A DNA stretch of 64,000 bases from Amphiscolops sp. MND2022 (taxonomy: Eukaryota), in NCBI GenBank assembly GCA_964187785.1, contig OZ076409.1, positions 97,466,001 through 97,530,000 on the forward strand, written 5' to 3'. Under the pieces are notes generated by a model, which did not search any database, was not told where the DNA came from, and saw only the letters and a program-made list of their open reading frames with translations. The position numbers and the translations under genes are program-made. This document shows positions 1-13,000 of this stretch, piece by piece; position 1 is the first letter of the stretch; each line of letters opens with the position of its first letter.

Positions 1-144
1 TTGCATGACTCTGCCTTGTTTGTTACAATTTACATGACTTTCCAGGTCGGCCTTCGTCAAAACCAGCCACTATACCGGTATTGGCACGTCGTTCCGTTCC
101 GCTTCGCTCCTGCTTTCAGAGCAAAAGAGGTATGTGGCCGTGGC

Positions 145-710
145 GGCACCACGACAATTCGTACAAACGACATTTTGTAGAATAGCCAAAAACCCGACAT
201 TTCGCACACGGACAATTGGTACAAAAATGAAACCGGGCATTTCGTACAAAAGACATTTCGTACAAAATTAAATTGAACAGATTTGCAAAATAGGTCTCAA
301 ACGACAGAATTACTAGCTTTCAGTGCTGTTACAGCCAATATGTATGGAACTTGATTCAATTAAAGAGGTTAGCATATATGTTGTATGGCTCGGTCGCTTC
401 GCTCCCTTCGCCAAGTAGCAACATTGAGGCATGGCCATATGGCACGTCGCTCCGCTTCGCTTCGCTCCTGCATTTAGGGTACCAGGGGTATGTGAACATA
501 GCTGACTACGTTATAATAGTAAGTTGTATAATATAAATTGCACGAAATGTCGGGTTTCATTCTTGTACGAAATGTCAGGTTTCGCTTTTGTACGAAATGT
601 CTGGTTTTGGTTTTTGTACGAAATGTCTGGTTTTGGTTTTTGTACGAGATGTCGTGTGTACGAAATGTCGTGTGTACAAATTGTCGTGCCTCGGTCAATT
701 GTCGTGCCCC
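145..710. mobile_element. Foldback element with inverted arrays of GACATTTCGTACAAAA
   Basis: Left arm repeats GACATTTCGTACA and right arm TGTACGAAATGTC; the core is shared with about 60350-60540 and 63380-63530. Confidence 0.75.
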
Positions 711-870
711 AGATCACGATTGCCTTCAGTTTGTTTCATAACTTTAGTGCGTCATTGGGCGTAATGTAGACTTCTCGAGTAATGTCCCGACACCCATTTT
801 TCATCCCATTTGAAACGTTGGGACATAAATTTTTTAAAAAACGTTTTTGAAAAAGTGAAAAGTGAGAAAC

Positions 871-1072
871 CTGTGTTTTTTGGTCAGGTTTCATTCTGGC
901 ATAAACGAAGCACTTGTCGGCGAAGTATTTGAGCAGCTCGGGGGAATATGCCTCCCTCAAGCGGGTGTAGTTGGGCCCTGTGATTGCAAACACCACACCC
1001 CCACTTTCGTCCAGCTTCCGATACTCCCCTTCACTCACACTCGTGTTGGTCGTGACGTCACGGAATTGCAGT
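871..1072 (-). CDS. ATP13A-like exon (FAITG...[12 protein letters not shown])
   Basis: Conserved ARM-x-PDQK; tgcag acceptor and gtttct donor. The downstream GDGAND exon is not in the window. Confidence 0.95.
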
Positions 1073-4000
1073 CTGCAACAATTTCGACAACATTTTCAAC
1101 ATTCACAAAAAAGCTGGACCTATATCTCTTCCCCCATGTCGACATTCTGTGAACCTTTGACCATTTTAAACAGTCAATTCTGCTCAAAATTCTCCGTAGC
1201 CACTAATTCGCTTATTAGCGGTATCCAGACTCTGCTCTATATGCTGATTCTACAATTAATACACCGTTTGCGCGTTCAGTGGAGCATATCAGATGTTAAG
1301 TGAACCGTTTCGGATATCGTTATAAAATTTGAGCCTATCACAGGCCTCCAAATTCAAAGCGCTTTACATTCACAAGCTATGTGAACCATATTGGCTGTCA
1401 AGTGAAGCAAAGTATTGCTGACAATACATTGTTGTTTGTAAAAGAACATGCGGTCTAAAGTAACAAAAGCGGGCAAAGAAAGACTTCTCAGGTAAAGCGT
1501 TCATTCAAGCTACCATTTCGTTCACTTTAATTGAGATTTGCTTTAGCAAGCTAATCAATTTCTATTGGTTGTTCATTTCATTCAACATCTGATATGCTTC
1601 ACTGAACGCGGAAACGGTGCATTGTCACATCCAAACATGCAGTTTTGAAGCGGCGCTATGATTAAGACACGATTCAATTTTATTGCTCGGTTCACTTAAT
1701 GTGTAAATTTGTGACAATCAACAGACAGACAGGTCATTACTGGTAACGCGGCGGTTGTTTTGTGTGCGAATCAAAGGTGTCCGGCGGCGGCGAATCAGGT
1801 GGGGCAACCAGAGACCCATTCATTTCTGGCAGAGGTTCTACGTCCACTGATAACAGTGTTGTCTCTGGAGACACGATTCCACAAGTACTGGCTACTGACA
1901 CCGCTGTTTCCAGATTGTCACCTGCAATTACAATTTGACATTACTACATTGCGGCAACAGTGCAGGAGGAAAGGCTGTCGTGAACTATGACAATCCCAAG
2001 TGAGTGTATATCCTGATCGTCTTTTTGACCATTTTCCAATAAAATTCGGTGTTTTGTTTTGTTTTGTAAATTTGTCCCCCACTTGTTAAGGTTTTCAGTA
2101 TTTATATATACATACGGGGACCGTTACTGACACTGCCAGGAGGCTCTGTAGCTTGCAGTGATTCGGCACTATCTCATCATTCAGTCATAAAATCGCCCCT
2201 TTGAACTCTGGGCCATCATTGCTGTTGTAGATGAACATAGTTTCGCTTCGCACGGTCCCCGTATGTATTTGAAATTACCAAATAACCAACCCAACCGCAG
2301 TTACTACGAATGTAGGCATAGATAGACATGCCGAGTCAGCCCTTTATAACAAAGTTTGTGTAACTAATTTCGGTCGTAGCCATTGAGTTAGGTTGCTTGT
2401 AAGTGAAAGCGCAGAAGAAGCGAAAGCGACGTCATATCCGAATAAGCGCCGGAAGCGAAAGCGACAACTGAAATTTGCGCTTATCTGATTGGTCGGAAAT
2501 TTTAGTTATTTTGGTTTAACAACGTGCCCAACTCTTATAGTGGCAAGTTTTTTTACACTGGGGCGTTTTACCCGACACAAGTACAGTTGAAAGATTTGTC
2601 TTTTGTAGTGGTAGTTTGTGGAAAAAAGGGAGTAACCAATTGAAATTTCCAAAAGTTCGAAATGTTGTCAACAAATTGCAGCTTTCGAAAACTTAAATTC
2701 GTTGGACCAAAGTTTTCTTCCAAAAAGAGCCGCCCAAACGTTAGTGGGTCAGTCACAAACGCAACAAGCGCGTTTTTCGGTAAAAACATATTTCACTGTT
2801 GGTAACTAACTAAAAATCATGTTAAGAGTTGTTGCCGCACAGTAGGCATAGCTCGCTTAAGACGTAGTTCACTTCTCAATCCATTTTTCACAGATTTTCC
2901 ATTTTCATCAAAAATCTCCACAATAACTTTCATTGACTAACTTTTCCTTTTCACAGCTTCCCGATATGAATTCAAGCTGGGTCCATCGATTTGGTTAGAG
3001 GACATTCTCACGTCGCATTTTCTAGCCAATCAAACAACTTTCAAGGGTTGACATCATAGCAACCAAACTATTCTACGGTCGTGTCAATTTTTTCCTTTTC
3101 TTTTTTTCTTTATCACTATTCTTAATGAAATAAAAAAGACCGCGCCTACTGAAACTGGAATTTGGCGTAGAGAGAGATTTTGTGCCCTTATTACGAGGGG
3201 CGGGTCAGTGAAAAGAGTTAGGGTGTCAATAACGGCCCTATAAATAATTTTTGGGAAATAAACATCGGTAAATGGTGGGTGATTTATAAAGGAATAATTG
3301 CAGAAATTAGAGCCAGTTTCGAGGTTCCAGCCTAGCTTCTTAGCCACACGAAGTACCGACCTGTGATCATGATGCAATTGATTTTGTTTCGGGTCAGCGT
3401 GTCGATAGCCTGGCAAGTTTCGGGTTTCAGTTTGTTTTGCAGGATCAGCAGTCCCAAAAACGTCATTTCTTGCTCCAGGGCACTTCTCTCCATCTTGAGC
3501 ACCTTGTGATACTTGGCTTTCGGGCCCAGATCTTTGAATGCCAGTGCCAGAACCCGGAAGCCCCTACAAGTTGAACATGCTTGCCAATATCCATGTCTTT
3601 TTAGTCGTCGCTTCATGAAGTGAAACGCGACTATAATAGGTACTTTTTCAATCCACATGAACTGACCACAATAGTTCCACAAAGTTCTACGAAATTTTAA
3701 GGTGTCAAATTGGACCATTTGGCCCAGGGAACTGAACTATAAAAGTTGTTTCTTTTCTCAGCGTAACATACAAAACCGGACGAGACCAAAGGGTCCCCCT
3801 TCCAAATTTTTCGGCATTGTGAGATTTTCAAAAAAAATTTAATGTCTCCAAAGTGTCAAGTGTCCCACTCCAATTTTTTGATATTTTGCAACAGAATGGA
3901 CATTTCAAAATCCCAAATAGTCCTTTGGGTTTTTCGGGTACTGTGGAAGAGACTACTTGACGCCTTGAAGTCTTTTTGCTATTTTGAGCCTTAAGCGGGG

Positions 4001-7000
4001 CGCCGACTCATGCCGTTCCCGGCTTGTTTAATGTACCAATTTCAAATGAGTTCTAGTAGATACACGACACTGGAAAACCGAAGGTGGGACTCATTGATGG
4101 AACAAAAAGTTTTTGAAAAAAAGTTGAACAGTGCCGAAATATCCAAAGGGTTCCTTTGGCACGTCAAGGGTTTGCAAACAAAGATATTTAGTCTTCGGCC
4201 GGCATCGAACCGAGGTTGTACGAAAAAAGTCTTCGTGGCTATACGCTGCAAGCGGCAGAGCCTCCTTGCAGTGTCAGTAACGGTCCAAAGAAATAAATTG
4301 GAAAAACATTTCAAGTGGAGGAGAATTTATAAACTAGGACGTCGTTTCACAATTTTATTGATCATCAGGAATGGTCTGATTACATTGTAAGTTGCATCCG
4401 AAAGTTAAACTGCATTCAAATGATTGTCCGGCTTAGGACATCCCTTTTTCGTGAACTACGGCGTTAATGGATGACACGGAATATGCTTGAAAACGGTTTC
4501 TTATACCCTTCGCAAATATTTTTTAAATATAATCTTAACATGCACTCGAAAATAGCATCTAAAACACTCTACTGGTTGAGAAACGGGGATATCGAAAGAA
4601 AAGGGTGTCAAAAAACGGATTCGTTGGAAGGACCATTGGGAAATAAATTAGGAAGAGCCCGACCTTCAAAAAAGCTATAACAAAAGTAGCAATTTGTATT
4701 CACACTCACTGGTTTGTGTAGGAGCGAAGTCTCTCTCGGAAATCAGGAGGGACCGTGTTTGCAATGCACAAACTGGCCACAACTTCTGGAGCACCTGCAA
4801 TAGTTTGAAAAATTGAAAAAAAAATGTCATTAAAACATCAAGTAGTTATCAAAAGATCCCCACCAGAGTTTTGACAACGCTGATTAGCGATTTAGCGATG
4901 AGCGGCCCTGCTGAATTTTTAAAAATATTTTTTGCACCTTAATTTCTTAACCTTCTAAAACCACAGAGTATGAAAAATTCCAATAGTTTTTCTTGAAAAA
5001 ACAGAATTAGGTTATCGTTTAATTTTGAACAATACTTGAAGTAAAACATTGAATAGTTTGCAGAAAAAATTTTTCCAGCGAAGTATACAGGGAGTTCCAA
5101 CTTTTCATCTTGTAAAACCAACAGTGTAAAAATTCTAGTTTTCTTCTTGCAACAAAAATTGAATTAAGTTATAGTTTATATTTGGAAAATTCTCGAATTC
5201 AAAAATTTGAATGTTTGCAAAAGAATCGTTTTTCAGCAAAATAGCGATTTTGAAACTAGCGGTTTCGAGAACAGCGAAAAATAGGCGGTTTAGCGAAAAA
5301 ATAAGCGATGTGAAAACTGTGGTAGCTAGGGCGAATGAAGAGGAGGGGCCACCTTTGCAGAATAGTTCCATGTTGTGCTGGGTGGGTACTCGTTTCACGA
5401 CCACACTCATGCGCTGCACGTGACTGGAGAAAGGCAGTTCCCGCAGGATGCCGACTTCGTAGTGCATGAACTCGTTCGCCTCTCTCACGAAGCTGCGTGA
5501 CTGCTCGCTCTCAGGGGGCCGAACAGACATCAGCGCCCCGCCCGACTCGAACGCCGCCTGCAACAACAACAACAACAACTATGGAATAAAGAAGAAGACT
5601 TTAACATTAAAGGAAAACACTGTATTTCTTTATACAAAATATCTAAAATTTAAATATATATATGACGGACGGTATAGCAACATTTGTTATCAAGCGACAT
5701 TTGTTATCAAATGACATTTGTTATCATTTTTGAAAAAGCGACATTTGTCATCAAATCTAAAAAGGCGGCATTTGTTTTAAAAATTTGTATAGTGTTTTAT
5801 TATAACAAATGCCGCCCTTTTAGATTTGACAACAAATGTCGCTTTTTCAATTTGATAACAAATGTCACTCTCCAGCAAATAATGACAAATGTCGCCTGAT
5901 AACTCTTGTCACTTGATAACAAATGTCGCCTCACGATGAAGGGCAGTGTAAAAACGTATTATTTGAGAAAAATGAACAACTCTTGTCACTTGATAACAAA
6001 TGTCGCCTCACGATGAAGGGCAGTGTAAAAACGTATTATTTGAGAAAAATGAACATCACAAAAAAATGTAATAAAACAAAGATTTTCAGCGTATTTATTA
6101 GCAATTAAAATTATCGGCACCTTATTACATTACGAGACCTTACATTAGCGGCACCTTACAATACGAGACACATCCCGGTGAATTGGATTCATTCACGCAG
6201 CGTAATCTGTTTATTCCGTAAAATGGTCGGTCATTCATCGTAAGTCAGTCAAGACGATCTACTCCTGGAAGGTGTAGCTGTGTCAACGCGCGTAATGGAA
6301 AATAGTGTAAACTAGTCAAGGCGCGTAGTTAGTGAAAAGTGGAAGTTAGTCCAAAAATGCACTTTTCCGCAATTCAGTAGTCAAATTTTGATTTATTACA
6401 AGTATAGTAATTCAATTTTCGCGTCCGCTGGGGACATATGGAAAATACATATATAGATCATGAAATTTATAAATAACAAAAATTGAGCCTCGTCTAGCCT
6501 ACATGCATATGTCACTTAGGGGCTTACACGTCTGTTCTAAAATACTGCTAAGGTATTCGCAGAAATTGGCATGGTCTACTCAATTCCTAAGGTTACTATT
6601 CATTAAACTTTGGAAAAGATGGATACTCAGAATTTTCTTTCGCTAAACGCGGAAAAAACTTCCTGTCCAGGGTGGCACATTTCATCACGTAATGGTACTC
6701 ATAGGTAATTCAACAAAAACTATGAATTAGTCGAAAGAAGTTCTTCGATGATTTGCCAGGATTGTCCTCGAAGAAAAGCTGTCATGAACTTAACAATCCT
6801 TCGGGTGCAACAAATCTTAGAATCGACCCCTTTATTTCTTTTCTTTGGACGATCAATAAAGTTGAGATACGAAGACCTATTTTATAAATCCTCCTTCGCT
6901 TGCCGATGATTGCAGAATTTGTTTTTATGGGACCGTTACTGACACTGTAAGAAGGCTTTTGAGCTTGCAGTGTTTTGACACTTGATCTCTTTTACCTTTT

Positions 7001-10000
7001 AATTTTTTCATCATTTATCTTTACCAAAACGTCCCCTCTGTACTATGGGCACATACAAGCTAATCAACAAAACTAATTTGTGGTTTCATTACGCACGGTT
7101 CTGTTTTTATTTGGTACTTGAAAGAAGTTATGTAGGTTTTTCTGAAATTCGCGGTGTGTACAAGCATAAGAGCCCATTTCATACAGTCATAAATGCCCCA
7201 GTCAAAAGCGCCCCAATACAAAACGCTTTACCTATTTTATGAGCTAATTTATCTGCGACTAATTAAACCTAATAGAATGTGTTCAAATAAAATAAAAATT
7301 TCACTGGTATTGCCAGGTTTGACATTTTTACACCCAATCAATTCTAATTGAAAACAACTTGAATTTCCAATTTCAGCATTTCTGAACGAAATATATCGAT
7401 ATCCTAATGAAACAATTTGTTAACGCATTGTTTTAAAATGAAAAACTTGAAATTATCTAAATATAGTAATCTAATTCAAGTGAGAAACTTAAAGTTGATC
7501 GTGTAAAAGATTCGGCAACTCCCCTGTAGACTTTGATTGGGGCGCTTATAACTGGGGTGCTTTTGAGTGTGTATTTTGGGCGCTTTTGACTGGGCACTTT
7601 TTTCTCGTAACCCTTTTGAGCCTAGAACAAGCGCAGTTTTGGGTCATTCCCGGCTTGTTTTCACAACAGGAACTGAAACGGGTGAGTAGACAGTAGATAA
7701 TGAGAATGAAATATGGTCTTGAACGTACACGTAGTTTCAAAATACAATATGTAGCCGTAGAACAAGAGTACTAGTTGACCTATTGACCCCTGCAGCTGAC
7801 CTGTGAGTCGACGATCCTCCATCCGACTGCCTCGAACATCTTGACCTCTATCGGGTCCCCCTTGACCTCCCCGTCCAGCACGACCAGAGAGTGACACGTG
7901 GCCAGACCCACTGAACACAAACAACCAATCACATCTCATCTTTTCATCCACCCCGTTAGAGCCCGGAAAAAGTTATTGCGTAACGCAATTTTTTGCGCAA
8001 CTTTCAGTGTTTTTTTTACGAAATAAGTTGCTCAAAAAGTCTAAAATGCAAAAAAAATAAACTTCGATTTGTCTTTATTTTGAAAAACGCTAATAATTGA
8101 CTTTTCTTCGGTTTGTTTATATAACGAATTTTTTTCTTTGCACCAAGCGGTTCGTTATAAGTGGGTTCACCTGTAGTTAATACAATTCAGTTTGAGAAAA
8201 ATTGAGATGGTTTTCTTTACGATGGATGCAACTCTATTTTCAAAAAGGAGAAACTTGACTGTCGAGCATTTAAAGCATGTTCTTATTATTCAATGGAATG
8301 ATAATTAAATGTTTCTTGATAACTGTTTTTACGCAACTTTTGAGGCAATTTTAGCCTAATTTTAGCGCAATTTCATTCAATTTTTAACGCAACTTATTTC
8401 GGTCCCTAACCCCAGTGAATTGACGTCGGTACATGTACCGTGCCGAAATATACGAATTTTCTGGTACCGTTGCACAAACTACCGATTTACACACGAGTTG
8501 CTCAAAACGCACGATTTACACGAAAAAATGAAGCAATTTCATTGGCTTCCCAAATGAGTATAAAAGATATCCGGCGTTCGCTCGGGCACGAAAATAACTC
8601 GGAAAGATATGGAATGATCCTGACATTCTGGTGAGAAAAAAGGAAGTGGAAATAGGGATTTAAAATCTAGTTCTGGAGACCTGGCCAATTTTGGATCAGT
8701 GGAAAGCATGTTCTTTCGTAATTTGAGATATGCTGATGACAGACGAAACAATGACAAACTTCTATCAAAAAATTTGCGTTTTCTGAATGAAATCACTTAC
8801 TTTTCAAAAACTCGATTTTTTACAGTCGATACACTTTACAGTACATGGTAATGTTTTGTACACGATACCGATGTAATATAGGAAAATACACGAAAAACAC
8901 ATAAACGATTGTCAGTACACGAGTCAATTCACTGATCCACCCTTTTCTAGAGACTTATTATGAACAACAATCAAAAGGATCGCCCAAGTTCTTCTGACAC
9001 ATCAACATATTTTCAAGTCAGCAAGGAACAAGACGAGAACGTCTCAAGCTGGCGTCTTTTAAACCTGTAAAAACAGGACCCTTCGGGTTTTTTGAAAATC
9101 CAGTTTGTTGCAAAATATCAAATAAATTGAAGGGGGGACCCTTTGAAGACAAAAAAATTCGTTTTTTTTTAATTTTCGAAAAAAAAACAAAAAATGAAAA
9201 TTTTGAACCGTCTCATAGTGCCGAAATACATAAAAAGGGAGAGCCTTGGGGCTTTTTGGCACTTTAGTTTGCTGCAAAATATCACAAAAACTTGAAGGTG
9301 GGACACTTTGAAGGCGAAAAAAATTCGAAAAAAAGTCGCACAGTGCCAAAAAATTGAAAGTCGTACAGTGCCGAAAAAAAATGTTCGAAAAGGTTTCTGG
9401 CTAAGGCAAGGACTCGAACCCGTGACCGCTGGGTTCACCTTAAACCGAGTAAAAACTGTACTGACGAGTACACGTGAACGAGTGAAGTCTGTAAAAAGTG
9501 GTACATACACGATGAGGTCTGTGGTAAAAAAACTAGTCACTGTTATAATCGGGCTCTTTTCACTAGAAAAGCGCCGACTAAATACGTTCACTTCATTTTG
9601 ACTTTTGGCATTTCCGAAATGAATCATGCAATATTTCGAAAACCACTTTTCGTAAAAAAATGCATGCGTCAAACTTCGTACCTTTTAACAAGGTACACTT
9701 CTGAATTTAACACTTCTGAAAACGCCCTCTTCAAAAATTCACACCTCAAAATGATCATAAAATGCCAATTCGTCAAACTTTATTTCACAAAATTATTTTG
9801 ACGGAATTACAACTGTTTTCGGCTTATCATTTTACTATCATCAAATTACTTTTCGATTTCAAAATAAAACAGTTGTGATTCTGAGGAAATTTTGCTCTTG
9901 AAATCTTTTTTGTAAACGCATGCCCTGAAAAAAATGCTCTTTCAAAATTTTCGCCTGTGATATTAGCTGTCTTCAGCTTTTGGTACGTTTCAGAAAATTT

Positions 10001-13000
10001 TCAGAAGTTTCTTTGTCAAACGGGCGAAGCTGGAAGGTGTCTGATTTTTTTAGTCGGCGCGTTTTCCTTTTAAGGAAAAATGCCCGACTATAGCAGTGAC
10101 CTTTTTTTTCTTTTTTTCTTCAGACTACAATCCTCACACTGAAAGGTCCACTTTTCTTACAATTCTTACAATCTTAAAATCTTACAATTCTTACTTAGCA
10201 AATTTAAAATACTGGCGCAAAAGCTTGCGAAGTAGTATTTTTAAATCATCTAAGAAACTCAAAGGGACCAAAGGGTACTGCCTTAGAGTATTTTCGGCGC
10301 TGTGAGACTTTTTTTTCGAAAAATTTCCCAAAGGGTCCCCCCTTCAATTTTTTTGGAGTTTTCCGACAGAACGGATGTTGAAAAATCCAAAGGGATCCCC
10401 CCTTTCAGTTTTTTCGGCATTGTGACTTTTTTTCAAAATTTTTTTTTTCACCAAAAGTGCCCCTCCTTCAATTTTTTTTGATTTGCGACAGAATGGATGA
10501 AAAATCTCAAAGTGTCCCTTCTGGTGCGCCAATTCGGTTCAACTTTTGGGTTTTTCCGGTACCGTAGAAGAGAATACTTTGACACTTTGAAGTCCTTTTG
10601 CTGTTTTTGAGCCTTAGATATGGCGCCGACTTGGGCCGTTCCCGGCTTGTTTGTACATGCATTTAGCAGAATAAACTTGAAAAATCGCAGCGCCACAGCG
10701 TCTCTTGTTAACAGTAGTCCTACAATCATTGAACACTTGAAAACGTTGGAAAATGTGTCATCTGTGTTCGTTTTTTAATCGGCGGTTTTTGTTACGACGC
10801 TTACAGGCGCAAGTTTTCTTTTTTGTCTAATAACAGACCTTACATTGAATGGTCCACTTTTTGAACATAGTTTGTTCACGTCGCAACTTTGCCCAGAGGT
10901 TAGGATGCGCACCTACTAAGAAGGTGGTGTGTTCGAACCCGATCGAGGACTATTTTTTTTTGAAACGTTCGCAAAGCTTGACGTGAACAAAAAGTTTCGG
11001 CACTGAGGATCTTTTTTCAAGCAGTTCACTTTGCCAAAGGGTCCCCTTTTGGTTTCTCCCGTTTCAACTTTGGAAAGACGAGACGCTTAGCGAGCCTAAA
11101 AGGTCCCCTCTTGGAACACTTTGCGACTTTTTCGGAAAATAAAATTTCGAATTTTTCTTCCATTTTAAATTATGTTTGTGTTTTCAGTCAGAGAAAAGCG
11201 TTTCCTGAGACGACAAGGCGCCTCTTCGGATGTTTTCAGATCTCTGAACTTCATAAGAATTTGCTTAAAGCCACTTTTTTGAACATATTGATGAGACCTT
11301 GCGTTTTTTAATCCTTGAACGGGACGCCGACTTGAAACTTCCTTGTCTTGTTAATTCTACCCTTTGGTACCAGTTTGGAACAATGGTAGTGGATTAGTTT
11401 TTGCCAGCTTTTCCTAGCCCTTTCCCCAACAAGCGTAAAATGATGTAAAAATTTATATAAAATTAGCATGAATCAGGAGCTAATTCAGTGAATTTGTGAC
11501 GTCTTCAAAATAGAAAGTAGAGCGTGTTTTGGGATTTGTTTAAAAGTAATTTCAGAATAATTCTTTTGGTTAAAATGTAGTTTTTCTATACATGTGGAGG
11601 AAAAGCTGTTTCTTCCGCTGCAACATTTTTATTTTCATTCTCTCATAATTAGCAGTTTCTTAGATAAGTATTCTTAGATAAGTATATAAAGTTTTTTGTT
11701 GACTTACCTGCTAATGGGTTTTCCATTCCAAACGCGGGTTTGGGCTCGCTGACGAGATCCGTGAAACTGCTTTCTGATTGGTTGTCCTGAAATGATGGAA
11801 TTGCTGCAATGCTATTGGTTAATTATGGGAAACAATCTAACTTTGAACCTTGTAAATAGGAAGTCGACGACAGATGAGCACATTAATTTTTCACCTTTTT
11901 CATTATATATTACATGCCAAAATCACATAAGTTGAAACTTAAAGCAGTTTGAAAATTAAAATGAAAGCCCTGATTGCCTTCTTTTGAGCGCGCTAAAAAT
12001 CGTTTGTCGGACTTAAATAGTCTCGGAGATATTGTGGTTTAACGTTGAAGCACCAGATTTTTGGGATCCATCCAAAAATCTGGTGCTTAAACTTTAAACC
12101 ACAATATCTCCGAGACTATCTAAGTCCGACAAACGATTTTTAGCGCGCTCAAAAGAAGGCAATCAGGGCTTTCATTTTGATTTTCAAACTGCTGGGATGG
12201 GGGCTCCGGACTTTGCGCCAAAACTTTGCACGCATCGTGTCTCTGACTGCATTTTAGCATGTTTCAAAACAAGCTAGAGCCACTTTGACCCAATCTTGTC
12301 CCCAGTGGTATAAAAGGGGCAAACAAGAAAACAGGAAAAATTAAAATTTTGAGCTCAATTTTTTTGATTTTTGGTCCCGTTTTCTTGATTTCGGAGACAT
12401 CAAATCAACAATCCTTGAAAGTGCGTGCAATGCTATGCATTATTGTCTGAAAATATTTTTCAAGTTTTCTTTACCATATGGTCAGCTGATAACTTTAGAA
12501 GTCTGCAGATCTAAAGTGGTGCAAAAACGTACAACGATGTTATTTAGGGCTAAGAAACAGTCAAAACATTGGTTTTATGACTCGGTCTTTCTTCTGTCGG
12601 GGCGTTTCGGAAAAGTCAACTCTCAAGTCAAGCATTCTCTTCTACAGCACCCAAAAAAACCCAAAAGTTGGACCGAATTGGCGCGCCAGGGTAACGCTTT
12701 GGGATTTTTCATCCATTCTGTCGCAAACCATCAAAAAAAATGAAGGGAGACCTTTGGGCGAAAGTTTTCGAAAAAAAGTCGCACAATGCCGAAAAACTGA
12801 AAGGAGGGACACTTTAGTCTCGCCCGGTATTGTATGTTACGCGAAAAAAAGGAAAAACATTTTTGGTTCAGTTCCTTGGGCCAACAGGTACAATTTGGCG
12901 TCTTCTTAAAATTTGTAGAACTTTTGGTACAAACTATTTTGGTCACTTCAGGTGTATCGAAAAAAATATACTGACGAAAAGCCATGACTACAGTCGACTC

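Noticed and set aside
1120..1154. Possible micro-exon ([11 protein letters not shown])
   Set aside because: The flanking exons already join in phase and its inclusion would shift the frame
4795..5352. Another intron largely filled by the hAT MITE family
   Set aside because: TIRs are about 30 and 70 bp from the splice sites with no junction TSD, so an ordinary insertion into an existing intron is equally likely
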